This document shows, in pieces, positions 1 through 8,800 of a stretch of DNA of 64,000 nucleotides (its first letter is position 1; each line of letters opens with the position of its first letter). A program made the translations under genes and the position numbers. The DNA is from Spirochaetota bacterium. Its GTDB lineage: Bacteria > Spirochaetota > UBA4802 > UBA5550. The stretch lies in the NCBI GenBank assembly GCA_963664815.2, contig CAXXHB010000003.1, positions 768,001-832,000 of the forward strand, in the 5' to 3' direction. The notes under the pieces are model-generated. The model had not been told where the DNA came from, searched no databases, and saw only the letters and a list, made by a program, of their open reading frames with translations.

Positions 1-256
1 TTCGGAACAAGATTACAGGATTAAGTGATTAACGGGATTATTAAACTATTAAATGTAGCCGTTGTACCGAAGGGGAGTATGTAATAAATAAAGCCTAGTT
101 CACCATCTGAAAATGTAAGTATTTATTAAGAAACTGATTGACAATATAAAAGAATTATAAGTATATGCTTATAAAGCTTTTATATAATAATAACGTGAAA
201 ATTTTAAATTTGTATAATAACCAATTCAAAATATTTTAATAGTAGAGAGGATAATT

Positions 257-1030
257 ATGATCGAACGCAATATGAATGGTATCAACTTTATCTCGGGCAG
301 CTGGCCTCTTGATAAGGGAAGGCCCACTGTTATATTTATCCATGGTTCAGGCGGTTCATGTATGTTCTGGAAAGCTCAGGTTGAAGCGCTGGCGGTGGAA
401 GTGAATACTGTTGCGCTTGATCTGCCGGGTCACGGGAAAAGCGCCGGCAGCAGCATGGACAGCATAACTTCTTATGCCGGGATTGCAGCGGATTTTATCG
501 ATTCAATAAATGCGCCATTTCCGGTTCCCTGTGGCCTCAGCATGGGGGGAGCAATCACTTTGCAGATACTCCTCGATAATAAAAAATATAAGGCGGGGAT
601 AGTGATTAATTCAGGGGCGAAACTGAAGGTTATGCCCCTTATCTTTGATCTTGTTAAAAATAATTACCAGGGTTATGTCGATTCACTCCCGTCTGTGGGT
701 ATATCAGGTAAAACGGATCCATCCATTCTCAATGATGTTGTTGCCGAAACCCGGAGGTGCAACCCTGAAAGCGTTTACAGTGATTTTATGGCCTGCAATG
801 CTTTCGATGCTATGAGCCGGCTTGATGAAATAACAGTTCCGCTGCTGATACTGACAGCAGATGAGGATAAACTCTCTCCTGCCCGGTATGGTCAATACCT
901 TGCGGAACATATCAAAAGTGCAAGCATGGCAAGCATTAAGGAAGCCGGGCATATGTCCCCGGTTGAAAAACCGGATCAGGTAAACCGCGCTATACTCGGG
1001 TTTCTGAATCAGAACGTCATCATTAAATGA
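257..1030 (+). CDS. Alpha/beta fold hydrolase
   Basis: HGSGG oxyanion motif, DLPGHG, nucleophile elbow GLSMGG, C-terminal AGHMSP His; AGAGG RBS upstream. Confidence 0.9.
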   Translation: MIERNMNGINFISGSWPLDKGRPTVIFIHGSGGSCMFWKAQVEALAVEVNTVALDLPGHGKSAGSSMDSITSYAGIAADFIDSINAPFPVPCGLSMGGAITLQILLDNKKYKAGIVINSGAKLKVMPLIFDLVKNNYQGYVDSLPSVGISGKTDPSILNDVVAETRRCNPESVYSDFMACNAFDAMSRLDEITVPLLILTADEDKLSPARYGQYLAEHIKSASMASIKEAGHMSPVEKPDQVNRAILGFLNQNVIIK

Positions 1031-1076
1031 TCAGCTGATGCAGCTGCGGGTAAATTCAGCAGTTCCCTGAAAATTG

Positions 1077-1223
1077 ATGAAAAAGCTGCCATTTCAATAC
1101 CTGGCTACTCTGTTGTTAATTATAGTTATTGCTGCTGTTGCGTGTTATTCCGGTAAGTCCATGAATATCAGAAATAATTCAAAATTTCTTGTGCTTGAAA
1201 AAGCTTATTACCATAGGTTTTGA
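1077..1223 (+). pseudogene. Truncated lipoprotein N-terminus (48 aa, MKKLPFQYLATLLLIIVIAAVAC...)
   Basis: Hand translation gives a basic N-region, hydrophobic stretch and AVAC lipobox; the ORF stops 18 bp inside the duplicated LuxR cassette that starts at about 1206. Confidence 0.5.
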
Positions 1224-2058
1224 AAGCTGTTGGATATGTTAAGATAAAGATGAATTCCCGGATAGATAAAAATTCCCTGCAGAAATTTCAGAAAGCTGAA
1301 AAACAATATTTTAAAATTTAATCATAAAAATTTAACTACTGGTGAATTTAAAAGTGAGAGATTCTGTTATGTCCAGCATTGCGCCGGAAGAAATGCTTAA
1401 AATACTTTTTTTAAATTCAATTGAGGTACACTGGATATGGAATCTGCATACAATGCAGTTTGAAGAGGTATATATTAACAGCAGAAACGCCGGGCTTATG
1501 CCGGAAGATGTTTTTACCAGTATGCTTGCAGAGCGGGTGTTGAAAGAGGACCGGAAAAGAGTATTAAAGATTATTGCTGAGCATATCAGTATTGCCAAAA
1601 CCGGAAAGAGACATATCAAAATTCCGCCGCTCTATACTCGTCTTTTCAATGGATATGGCAATTATGTACCAGCTGTAATTAATCTGACTGTTTATTATGA
1701 TCAGAATATCAATGATGCCACGCTTCTTGTCGGAGACACCAGAATAGATTACAAGCAGCAATATATAGGGATACTGAACCGCATACTCAGCAAACGCGAA
1801 AAAGAATGTCTGGCACATGTGCTGAATGGAAAGAGTCATAAAGAGATACTCCGTTTAATGATGATTGAAAATTCAACATTGAGTACATACAAGAAAAATA
1901 TAGTTAATAAAAGCGGCTGCTCTCTCAGCCAGATAAAATACATTCTTAAAAACACAGTTATTCCGTAATTGCCTGTAAATGGCAGACAGTAACCGCTTGC
2001 ACCGTTTTATGGCGCTGATGAGACATTTTTTCTGCCAGCAAATGAGCAGTCTCACTGT
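1206..2058 (+). repeat. LuxR cassette copy A (upstream region, gene and about 90 bp downstream); direct repeat of 12879..13732
   Basis: Shared TATTACCATA..TTTTGAAAGC, TTTCAGAAAGCTGAAAAACAATATTTTAAAATTTAATC, the coding sequence and downstream TGAGCAGT..CACTGT. Confidence 0.9.
1369..1968 (+). CDS. LuxR-family HTH regulator with N-terminal PAS-like domain (copy A)
   Basis: C-terminal LSKREKECL..VLNGKSHKEI...M.IENSTLSTYKKNIVNK helix-turn-helix; ATG 1369 preferred over GTG 1342. Confidence 0.8.
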   Translation: MSSIAPEEMLKILFLNSIEVHWIWNLHTMQFEEVYINSRNAGLMPEDVFTSMLAERVLKEDRKRVLKIIAEHISIAKTGKRHIKIPPLYTRLFNGYGNYVPAVINLTVYYDQNINDATLLVGDTRIDYKQQYIGILNRILSKREKECLAHVLNGKSHKEILRLMMIENSTLSTYKKNIVNKSGCSLSQIKYILKNTVIP

Positions 2059-2465
2059 GTCAGTGAGTGTTCAGGGTGTGGGAAATGTTTTTTGCCGGCA
2101 AAATACAGAATAGACAAATATAAATTGCTGCAGAAGTGAAAGGAATGGTCCCGGTATTTTTTATAGTCTGGTGAAAAACGGCTTGACTCTATTCGTTAAG
2201 CCGATCATCCGTTAAAACAGATTATGGAGTAATTGAGAATACGAAATGCGTTATTCACAGCCGGAATTGAATTTCCTCAAAGAAACGGGCTTAAACGGTC
2301 TTTGATTTCAGCAGTTTAATTGAATAAGGTATTCCGGTTTTTCCGGGAACCCATCCGGATTGTCCTGCTTATATTTACAGGAATGGGCTGTCTGTAACGG
2401 ATATACACTGGGTCAGGTTGTCAGATGAGAATATTAAAAATCGCAGAGAGAGGAGATGTATAGAT

Positions 2466-2882
2466 ATGAATATGGATGATAAAATTGACGGTCTGATCAA
2501 AATGTTTGAAAGCGTACCCTATCACAGGTTTTTAGGCTTAAAGTATTCAGTCATCAGGGATGGCTATGGGGAGCTTATCCTTCCGGTACGCAGGGAGTTA
2601 TTGAATATTAATGGTGTGCTGCATGGCGGAATCTATTATACCATCTGTGACCTGGGAGCTGCAACAGCTCTTGAGGCGACCCTTCGCGAAGGCTACTTTT
2701 ATGTTACACATGATATTAATGTAGCCATTTTATCATCAGTCAGTGAGGGTACCGTTACGGTAAAATCAGAGGTACTGAAATCGGGTAAAAGACTGGCTTT
2801 TGTTGAGTCCAGAGTGTTTGACGAAAACAATAAACTGCTCGCCATCGGGCGCTTAACCAAAACACTGCTGGCCAGGAAATAA
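2466..2882 (+). CDS. PaaI family hotdog-fold thioesterase
   Basis: LNINGVLHGGIYYTICD motif; AGGAG RBS before ATG 2466. Confidence 0.9.
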   Translation: MNMDDKIDGLIKMFESVPYHRFLGLKYSVIRDGYGELILPVRRELLNINGVLHGGIYYTICDLGAATALEATLREGYFYVTHDINVAILSSVSEGTVTVKSEVLKSGKRLAFVESRVFDENNKLLAIGRLTKTLLARK

Positions 2883-2971
2883 TAAAAACGGGCTGGATTT
2901 TCTGAAAGCATCCGGATTGTAATTTGCCTGTCCCGTGCCGTTTATTCACCCTGCAGCTGTATTCTGTATAT

Positions 2972-3487
2972 TCAGTTTATCATAAGAGGCACGCAGTAGA
3001 GTAAAACAAGCGCAGCCCCGGATAATAAGACAGCTATAATAATACTGGTACGGAGGTTGTCAATGGGGGGGGTCATGCCTTTCACGAAATCATATATTGC
3101 ACTGATCAATGAAATTAAAGCTGCAATGCCGATCAGGATGACTGATATGTAACTCAGCGTTATAGCAAGTCCGGCAGTTACAGCAATAAGTATTACGGTT
3201 GAAATATATTTTCCGGTACCTTTTATCTCTTTGCTTCTGTCTCCTCTATAATAGAAGAAACCGGCAACCATAGCGATTAAACATAGAACAGAAGCCGCAA
3301 TGGCGTTCAGGTAAATAAGATTCTGGAGAGCGGCATCCGCCTCCGAAAGGTCAAGGACAGGGATGAATCCCTTCACTATGGAACTGAATATAATCTCCGC
3401 TGCTGAACCGAATATATAAAACATCAGGTTATTAAAAAAACCCAGAAGAGCCCCTGCAATAGTGAGAATAAACACTACTTTGTTCAT
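2972..3487 (-). CDS. Uncharacterised multi-TM membrane protein (paralog of 18646..19206)
   Basis: 4-5 hydrophobic segments; shared IP.LDLS.ADA.LQN and AGFFY..GD motifs; GAGG RBS. Confidence 0.8.
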   Translation of the reverse strand: MNKVVFILTIAGALLGFFNNLMFYIFGSAAEIIFSSIVKGFIPVLDLSEADAALQNLIYLNAIAASVLCLIAMVAGFFYYRGDRSKEIKGTGKYISTVILIAVTAGLAITLSYISVILIGIAALISLISAIYDFVKGMTPPIDNLRTSIIIAVLLSGAALVLLYCVPLMIN

Positions 3488-3630
3488 AATAAATGACCTC
3501 TCTGATTTTTATCATTTAAGCTTCTCCGGCTGTCTCTTTATACCGGATATATTATGTTCAGTAAAAAATTTAAGCTAATTACAGCAGTTAAAGAAATAAT
3601 CAGGCCTTATCATTTCGAACGTATGTGAGT

Positions 3631-3683
3631 GCTTTGACGCCGCTCAGCAGCCATTAATAACGGTCAGTGAGCCTGCCGAACTG
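3631..3683. repeat. Degenerate REP-like palindromic element
   Basis: CTTTGACGCCGCTCAGC...GTGAGCCTGCCGAA imperfect inverted arms of the CTTCG..GCTCAG / CTGAGC..CGAAG type; related copy at 52487..52533. Confidence 0.35.
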
Positions 3684-3986
3684 CTCAGCCGCTATTGCTT
3701 TTTCGGAATGACAGAATATATTTTATTTCAATAGTGAAATGCTATAATACAGAGAAAAACAAATTTGTCAACAGAGAATTATTGTTTTATTCAGACACGT
3801 TGCTCCTGACAGATGTTTCTGCAGGTTCTGCAGGTAAGGTAAGATTAAGTACCGTGGATCAGATGTTTTTCATGGTATGGGAGTTATGTTAAGACGAAGT
3901 TCTGCTCATCAATAAATTTACCGGTTGATTTTTTTAACTTGAAATAATCATCAACTGACTCCACCTGTCTTTGTAGAGGATAAATC

Positions 3987-4871
3987 ATGCTGAAAGGTGA
4001 ACTGGCGGCCCTTGCTGTTGCATTCTGCTGGACGGTATCAGCTGTATCATTTGAAAACGCGTCAAAAAGAATAGGCTCGCTACCTGTAAATATACTGCGT
4101 CTGCTGATTGCTTACCTCCTCCTTACTGTTTATAACGTGGTTGTGTACGGAAACATACTGCCGGCAGTTGATCCCGTGCGAGGTAAATGGCTTCTCCTTT
4201 CAGGCTTTGTCGGATTTTTCATGGGGGATCTTCTACTCTTCCGCTCTTTTGTCCTCATCGGTTCAAGGGTGGCGATGCTTATAATGTGCTCCTCTCCTGT
4301 AATGGCCACAACAATGGGATTTCTGATATTCGGGGAGAGGCCCTCGCTGTCTGACGCGGCTGCGATTATCATAACACTCTGCGGCATATCCCTTGTGGTT
4401 CTCACCCGCAGTAATGAAGGGAAAATAAAACTGGCGCATTCCTTCCGCGGGATTCTCTTCGCCTTCGGCGGCGCCGCAGGGCAGGCCGGCGGGCTGGCCC
4501 TTTCAAAACTGGGTGTAGCGGGATTCGATCCCTTTATAGCGACGCAGGTAAGGATTATCGCCGGGATGGCCGGTTTCATCCTGACCATAGTTGTTTTACG
4601 CCGTGGAAAAAGTGTGGTATCGGCACTTAAAGATATAAAGGGCGTATCATTCACTGCGCTGGGTGCTGTATTCGGCCCCTTCATCGGCGTATCGCTTTCG
4701 CTCTACTCAGTCAAGTACTCCAACATAGGTGTGGCATCGACAATAATGTCTATTGTCCCTGTACTGCTGATTCCGGTTTCATTTCTACTTTACAGGGAGA
4801 GCGTGAGGAAAATGGAGATTGCCGGTATAATCATAGCAATCTCCGGGGTATCAATACTTCTGCTGAAATAA
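3987..4871 (+). CDS. DMT/EamA family transporter
   Basis: About 10 TM segments in two EamA halves; FGERP and LYRES helix-end motifs. Confidence 0.9.
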   Translation: MLKGELAALAVAFCWTVSAVSFENASKRIGSLPVNILRLLIAYLLLTVYNVVVYGNILPAVDPVRGKWLLLSGFVGFFMGDLLLFRSFVLIGSRVAMLIMCSSPVMATTMGFLIFGERPSLSDAAAIIITLCGISLVVLTRSNEGKIKLAHSFRGILFAFGGAAGQAGGLALSKLGVAGFDPFIATQVRIIAGMAGFILTIVVLRRGKSVVSALKDIKGVSFTALGAVFGPFIGVSLSLYSVKYSNIGVASTIMSIVPVLLIPVSFLLYRESVRKMEIAGIIIAISGVSILLLK

Positions 4872-5018
4872 TAACTGAATCGCCATGCAGCCGGCCCGAT
4901 TATTATTTACATGGATGCGCCGGTAGACTTGGGCTGTTTTACTGCCTGGAGTACACAACATCCCGGGATATGCTGTTTTTCCCGGAGATGTTATGTTAAG
5001 CAGAAATAACTGATCAGG

Positions 5019-6266
5019 TTATTCCGGAAGTGACGCCAGAAGCACTGCGTATGACCTGAAGAGCGGTCTCTGGTCAAGAGTGCAGAGGATGCCGATTACC
5101 CCTATGTGATCGGTATTCCCGAGTTTTCCGAGATAGTTCCATTTTCCGATCTGCGGAGTTCCGCTGTATGTAACTATGGAATCGGCAGATCCAAGATGCG
5201 GTCCGCTGGCAGTAGCCACGGATACCAGCCCGTCGTTTTCCCACCAGCTTTTAGTAATAACAACAGGTGTACTCTGAGTATACATGCCTATGTATGTTGC
5301 TGTTGCCCACATGAGCGGGTTCATTGTTACATTCGGAAGGTAGCGGCCGGTCAGCAGTTCCCTGTATGTTGCGGAAGTGGCCTGGGAGAAATAGTATATA
5401 TCGGACTGCGCCTTTGCCCAGCTGTTCAGCTCCTTCGCCCCTTCGGGTTTAAGGTCCCAGTTTCCCAGATCGCGCGATGTTGTCCATGCTCCACTGCTTT
5501 CGACCCGTTTAATGTAATCGGCAATGCCTTCCCCGCTTTTCCTGTTAAGTCCCCACTGGTCAAGGTGAAAATCGTACGTGTCGATTTCAGTTGAACCGGT
5601 AACAGCCGCAAGAAAAACACTTGCCATCTGCAGCAAAGATATATCCCCCTTGCCCGATAACTGGTAGGCAGCTGTACTGCCGTCGTGCGGTGTTGCCACT
5701 GTCAGGATGCTCCTGACCCACTGTTTCTTCTGTCCGTCAAAGAGTGGGGAGAGTTCTTCGGGATCAGTAGCGGCTATCTCGCCGGAGTCGCCGTTTTCAA
5801 GGAGCTGTGCAAGCACGCGTATTGTTTCACCACCCATGCTGTGGCCGATAAGGTGAATTTTGTTCAGTTTCCCTGTGTCCGGATCGGTTTCACCCCATTC
5901 GGGAAAGAGCCCGTTATAGGTCCTTCCGTATCTTGCGTGTCCGTATTTTTCGGAATGAGCCTTGCCGTAATCGACTGTCCCACCCTTAAGCTCTGCGTAA
6001 ACCTCGCAGGCCCTGTCCCAGTTGCTGCTGAATGGTCCAACATCAACTACGAAGTTCTCATAACCCAGCCCGTCGAGGTATTTGGGGATATTATAGGTGC
6101 CGCCCCAGTAGGGGATTCCGTGAAGTTCGGCAAAACCTGCCATACCGTGAACAAATACAATGGGGTAGTAGTTGCTGCGGGAAGAGGTTTCACCGGGTGC
6201 CGAAATGTAAACTATGATTGAAACCATGTAAAAAATAAAAAACAGCTTAATAGTGAACTTTTTCAT
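5019..6266 (-). CDS. Secreted triacylglycerol lipase (Geobacillus/Staphylococcus-type subfamily)
   Basis: PIVFVHG, SSNWDRACE, VDYG..H...GH.RYGRTY, GHSMGG, TPHDGS, ENDGLV, DH; signal peptide; CAGGAG RBS before ATG 6266. Confidence 0.92.
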   Translation of the reverse strand: MKKFTIKLFFIFYMVSIIVYISAPGETSSRSNYYPIVFVHGMAGFAELHGIPYWGGTYNIPKYLDGLGYENFVVDVGPFSSNWDRACEVYAELKGGTVDYGKAHSEKYGHARYGRTYNGLFPEWGETDPDTGKLNKIHLIGHSMGGETIRVLAQLLENGDSGEIAATDPEELSPLFDGQKKQWVRSILTVATPHDGSTAAYQLSGKGDISLLQMASVFLAAVTGSTEIDTYDFHLDQWGLNRKSGEGIADYIKRVESSGAWTTSRDLGNWDLKPEGAKELNSWAKAQSDIYYFSQATSATYRELLTGRYLPNVTMNPLMWATATYIGMYTQSTPVVITKSWWENDGLVSVATASGPHLGSADSIVTYSGTPQIGKWNYLGKLGNTDHIGVIGILCTLDQRPLFRSYAVLLASLPE

Positions 6267-6530
6267 ACATTGAACTCCTGATATTTTATAATTATATCTA
6301 TCATGCAGCATAAAAACAAACTGCAATATAGCCGGGGCAATGGTTAAGGCTGATATGACTAATATAAAACAGAATGAAAAATATAAAGTCTGTTTTTAAA
6401 CCAACAGGTTGCAGAAGAATTCTGTAAATGTAAAAATTTATATAAATAACAAACAGTGATAGTTTTATGAAAACAGGCAGTTAAGGCTGAAATCATTAAC
6501 GGTACAGCAAATTACCTGTAATATAAAACA

Positions 6531-6552
6531 CCTGTTATAAGCATATAACAGG
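6531..6552. promoter_or_regulatory. Palindrome CCTGTTATA-agca-TATAACAGG upstream of the lipase; possible operator
   Basis: Perfect 9-bp arms with a 4-bp spacer in an intergenic region. Confidence 0.3.
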
Positions 6553-6680
6553 ACGCCGGAAAATTCAATTTTTTTTACAATTAATAAAATAAAAGGAAGT
6601 TCTCTGATGCTGGATAATGGCTGATACTTAATTGCCGGATAGCCGTGCTGAAATCAAAATCAGTTCATATGAAATGTATT

Positions 6681-6719
6681 TAAAGCGCCGGAATGAATTC
6701 GAATAAAACCGGCGCTTTA
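6681..6719 (-). terminator. Hairpin after the multicopper oxidase gene
   Basis: TAAAGCGCCGG...CCGGCGCTTTA inverted repeat 6 bp past the stop codon. Confidence 0.55.
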
Positions 6720-6725
6720 TCTGTT

Positions 6726-8192
6726 CTAGTTTACCTTGAATTGTCCCATCATCCCGTTATCTTCATGTTCAAGGATATGGCAGTGATACATGAAAGTACC
6801 TTTATATAAAAATTTTACAAGAATATTCACATCCTCACCCTGTTCGACAAGGACAGTATCTTTCCATCCCCGCTCTGATGGTGACGGTTGTTTACCACCC
6901 CTGTCAATCACCTGGAACTGAACTCCGTGAGCATGAAAATTATGTAATACATTACCCCCCATCATACCTCCACCCATCATCCCCATGCCATGCCCTGACT
7001 GGTTTCTGATATGCCATGTTTCAACGGAGTTATGTTTTACAGATTCATCTATCCGGAGATGATCAAACTGGTTTCCGTTGATATTAACGCCGGGGCCCAT
7101 TCCCTGAAGGGAAAAATTTCTGTCACCCTGTGATTTCTCAACAGGTATAAAACTGATTTTTGTAAGCTCTCGGGGTATTACGGTGTTGTCGGTTCCGCTG
7201 CCTGCAACTGCTATTTTCATTATATCGAACTCGTCACTCTTTAAATAGAGTTTTTCCCCATCCTTTAACCGGGAAAAATCTGCTATAATTTCGGCCCTCT
7301 CTCCGGGAGACAATCTTATGCTGTCAGTGTTGTAAGGTTTTTCAAGAAACCCGCCATCGGTTGCTATCTGATAAAATCTCATACCGTTGCTGAATCTGAA
7401 ATCGTAGACTCTTGCGCTTGAACCATTAAGGAGTCTGAACCGGTATCTGATTCTGTTTGCTTTAAATACTGAGTTTATGACACCATTTACAAGAATAGTG
7501 TTTCCTTTCATACCCTCCATCATATCACGCATGTTAGTCATATATATAGGGACACCCTCTCCGGTAAAGCGTCTGTCCTGAATTATTAATGGTATATCAT
7601 TTACACCGTAATCTCTAGGTATATTAAGGCTGTCAGAAACATCATCATCAATTATTATCATACCCGCAAGTCCCCTGTAAACCTGGACTGCTGTTGTTCC
7701 GTGGCCATGAGGATGGTACCATGCAGTTGCGGCCTGCTGGTTAACAGTAAAAACCGGATGCCAAAGACTCCCGGGTTTGATCACCTGGTGCGGTCCGCCA
7801 TCCATATCCCCCGGAACCAGCATGCCGTGCCAGTGGACAGTTGTAACCTCGTGGAGAGTGTTTTTAACACTTATATCTGCATTCTGCCCCTTCCTGAAAC
7901 GGAGGGTAGGGCCCAGTAAAGATCCGTTATAGCCAAGAGTTGTAACCGCCGTACCTTTGAAAAATTCAGTCGACCCTTTCTGTACAGTAAGTGAATAACT
8001 TGCCCTCCGGGGATCGCTGCTGTTGTTTTTCAGAACCGGCGGGATGGGGAGAGGATTTTCAAATTCTGAGTATTCGTAACCGGCAATCTTTATTTCTTGT
8101 TCAGAATCTTTACCTGTAACGCTCCTTTCCCGGCAGAACAGGGCTGCTATTATGCTTAATATTACTACCGGGATTACGATCTTTCTATTCAT
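6726..8192 (-). CDS. Multicopper oxidase (CueO/CotA-like), probable lipoprotein
   Basis: All four Cu motifs present: HWHG, WYHPH, HNFHAHG, HCHILEHEDNGMM; Met-rich GHGMGMMGGGMMGG segment. Confidence 0.95.
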   Translation of the reverse strand: MNRKIVIPVVILSIIAALFCRERSVTGKDSEQEIKIAGYEYSEFENPLPIPPVLKNNSSDPRRASYSLTVQKGSTEFFKGTAVTTLGYNGSLLGPTLRFRKGQNADISVKNTLHEVTTVHWHGMLVPGDMDGGPHQVIKPGSLWHPVFTVNQQAATAWYHPHGHGTTAVQVYRGLAGMIIIDDDVSDSLNIPRDYGVNDIPLIIQDRRFTGEGVPIYMTNMRDMMEGMKGNTILVNGVINSVFKANRIRYRFRLLNGSSARVYDFRFSNGMRFYQIATDGGFLEKPYNTDSIRLSPGERAEIIADFSRLKDGEKLYLKSDEFDIMKIAVAGSGTDNTVIPRELTKISFIPVEKSQGDRNFSLQGMGPGVNINGNQFDHLRIDESVKHNSVETWHIRNQSGHGMGMMGGGMMGGNVLHNFHAHGVQFQVIDRGGKQPSPSERGWKDTVLVEQGEDVNILVKFLYKGTFMYHCHILEHEDNGMMGQFKVN

Positions 8193-8227
8193 TTTAATCT
8201 CCTTCGGCTTAATGAGTAATGGACTTC

Positions 8228-8256
8228 AATATATTCATTTTTTATATAAATGTCAA
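8228..8256 (-). promoter_or_regulatory. Sigma70-type promoter for the multicopper oxidase
   Basis: TTGACA-17 bp-TATATT on the minus strand. Confidence 0.6.
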
Positions 8257-8332
8257 CAGGCAAATCGTTAGTAAATAAAGAGTAATGGACATTTATTCTC
8301 TGCATCCGATTCCGGATGTAGTGCAACACCGA

Positions 8333-8422
8333 AATGGCAAAGTCATCTACATTGAATCACTACTGGTGCCGGCTGAAGTTGCCGGTTAAAGATGTAATTT
8401 TAAGATAATATTTATTCTGCAA
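8333..8422 (+). pseudogene. Decayed 3' relic of the LuxR gene (cassette copy B)
   Basis: AATGGCAAA-GTCAT resembles NGKSH, TCTACATTGAATCACTAC resembles STLSTY, GCCGGCTG resembles SGC, and TTATTCTGCAATTG resembles the gene end; collinear with copies A and C. Confidence 0.45.
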
Positions 8423-8542
8423 TTGTCCGCCAATAAAAAACAATAAACTACTCCGTGCTGTTGTGCGGAATATAACAGATGTATCCGCCAGCCGGCAGCA
8501 GTTACATCTTTCAATTAAAAAGATTAAATATAAAAGATTTAG

Positions 8543-8580
8543 TACTATGAATACATAGAAAATATCAATAATACATAGAA
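8543..8580 (+). promoter_or_regulatory. Putative LuxR/NarL-type operator (palindrome plus half-site 20 bp later)
   Basis: TACTATGAATACATAGAA, then ATACATAGAA repeated 20 bp later; conserved at 13765..13802. Confidence 0.55.
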
Positions 8581-8800
8581 CGGAATTTTCACTCCTCTCA
8601 GAATATTCTATTGCTAATTTACATATCGGGAATTAAAGACTGCCGATAACCTGTATTCAATCTGTCAGAAAAACATTCTGACGTGAAGGAATTCGCTGTT
8701 ATATGTTTAAAATATTCATAAGAGAACCCGCGGTCCGGGGTAAACATGCAGACGGTTGCCGGAAAACGGGGATATGTAAAAAATAAGGTGAGGGAGGTTT

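Noticed and set aside
1206-2058. IS or MITE identity for the LuxR cassette
   Set aside because: No terminal inverted repeats, target-site duplication or transposase seen
8320-8346. c-di-GMP-I riboswitch (GCAACACCGAAATGGCAAAG)
   Set aside because: Stems are too short and there is no P1; better explained as the LuxR relic
8642-8649. Sigma28 -10 box GCCGATAA
   Set aside because: No TAAA at the right spacing, and the homologous copy reads GCAGATAA
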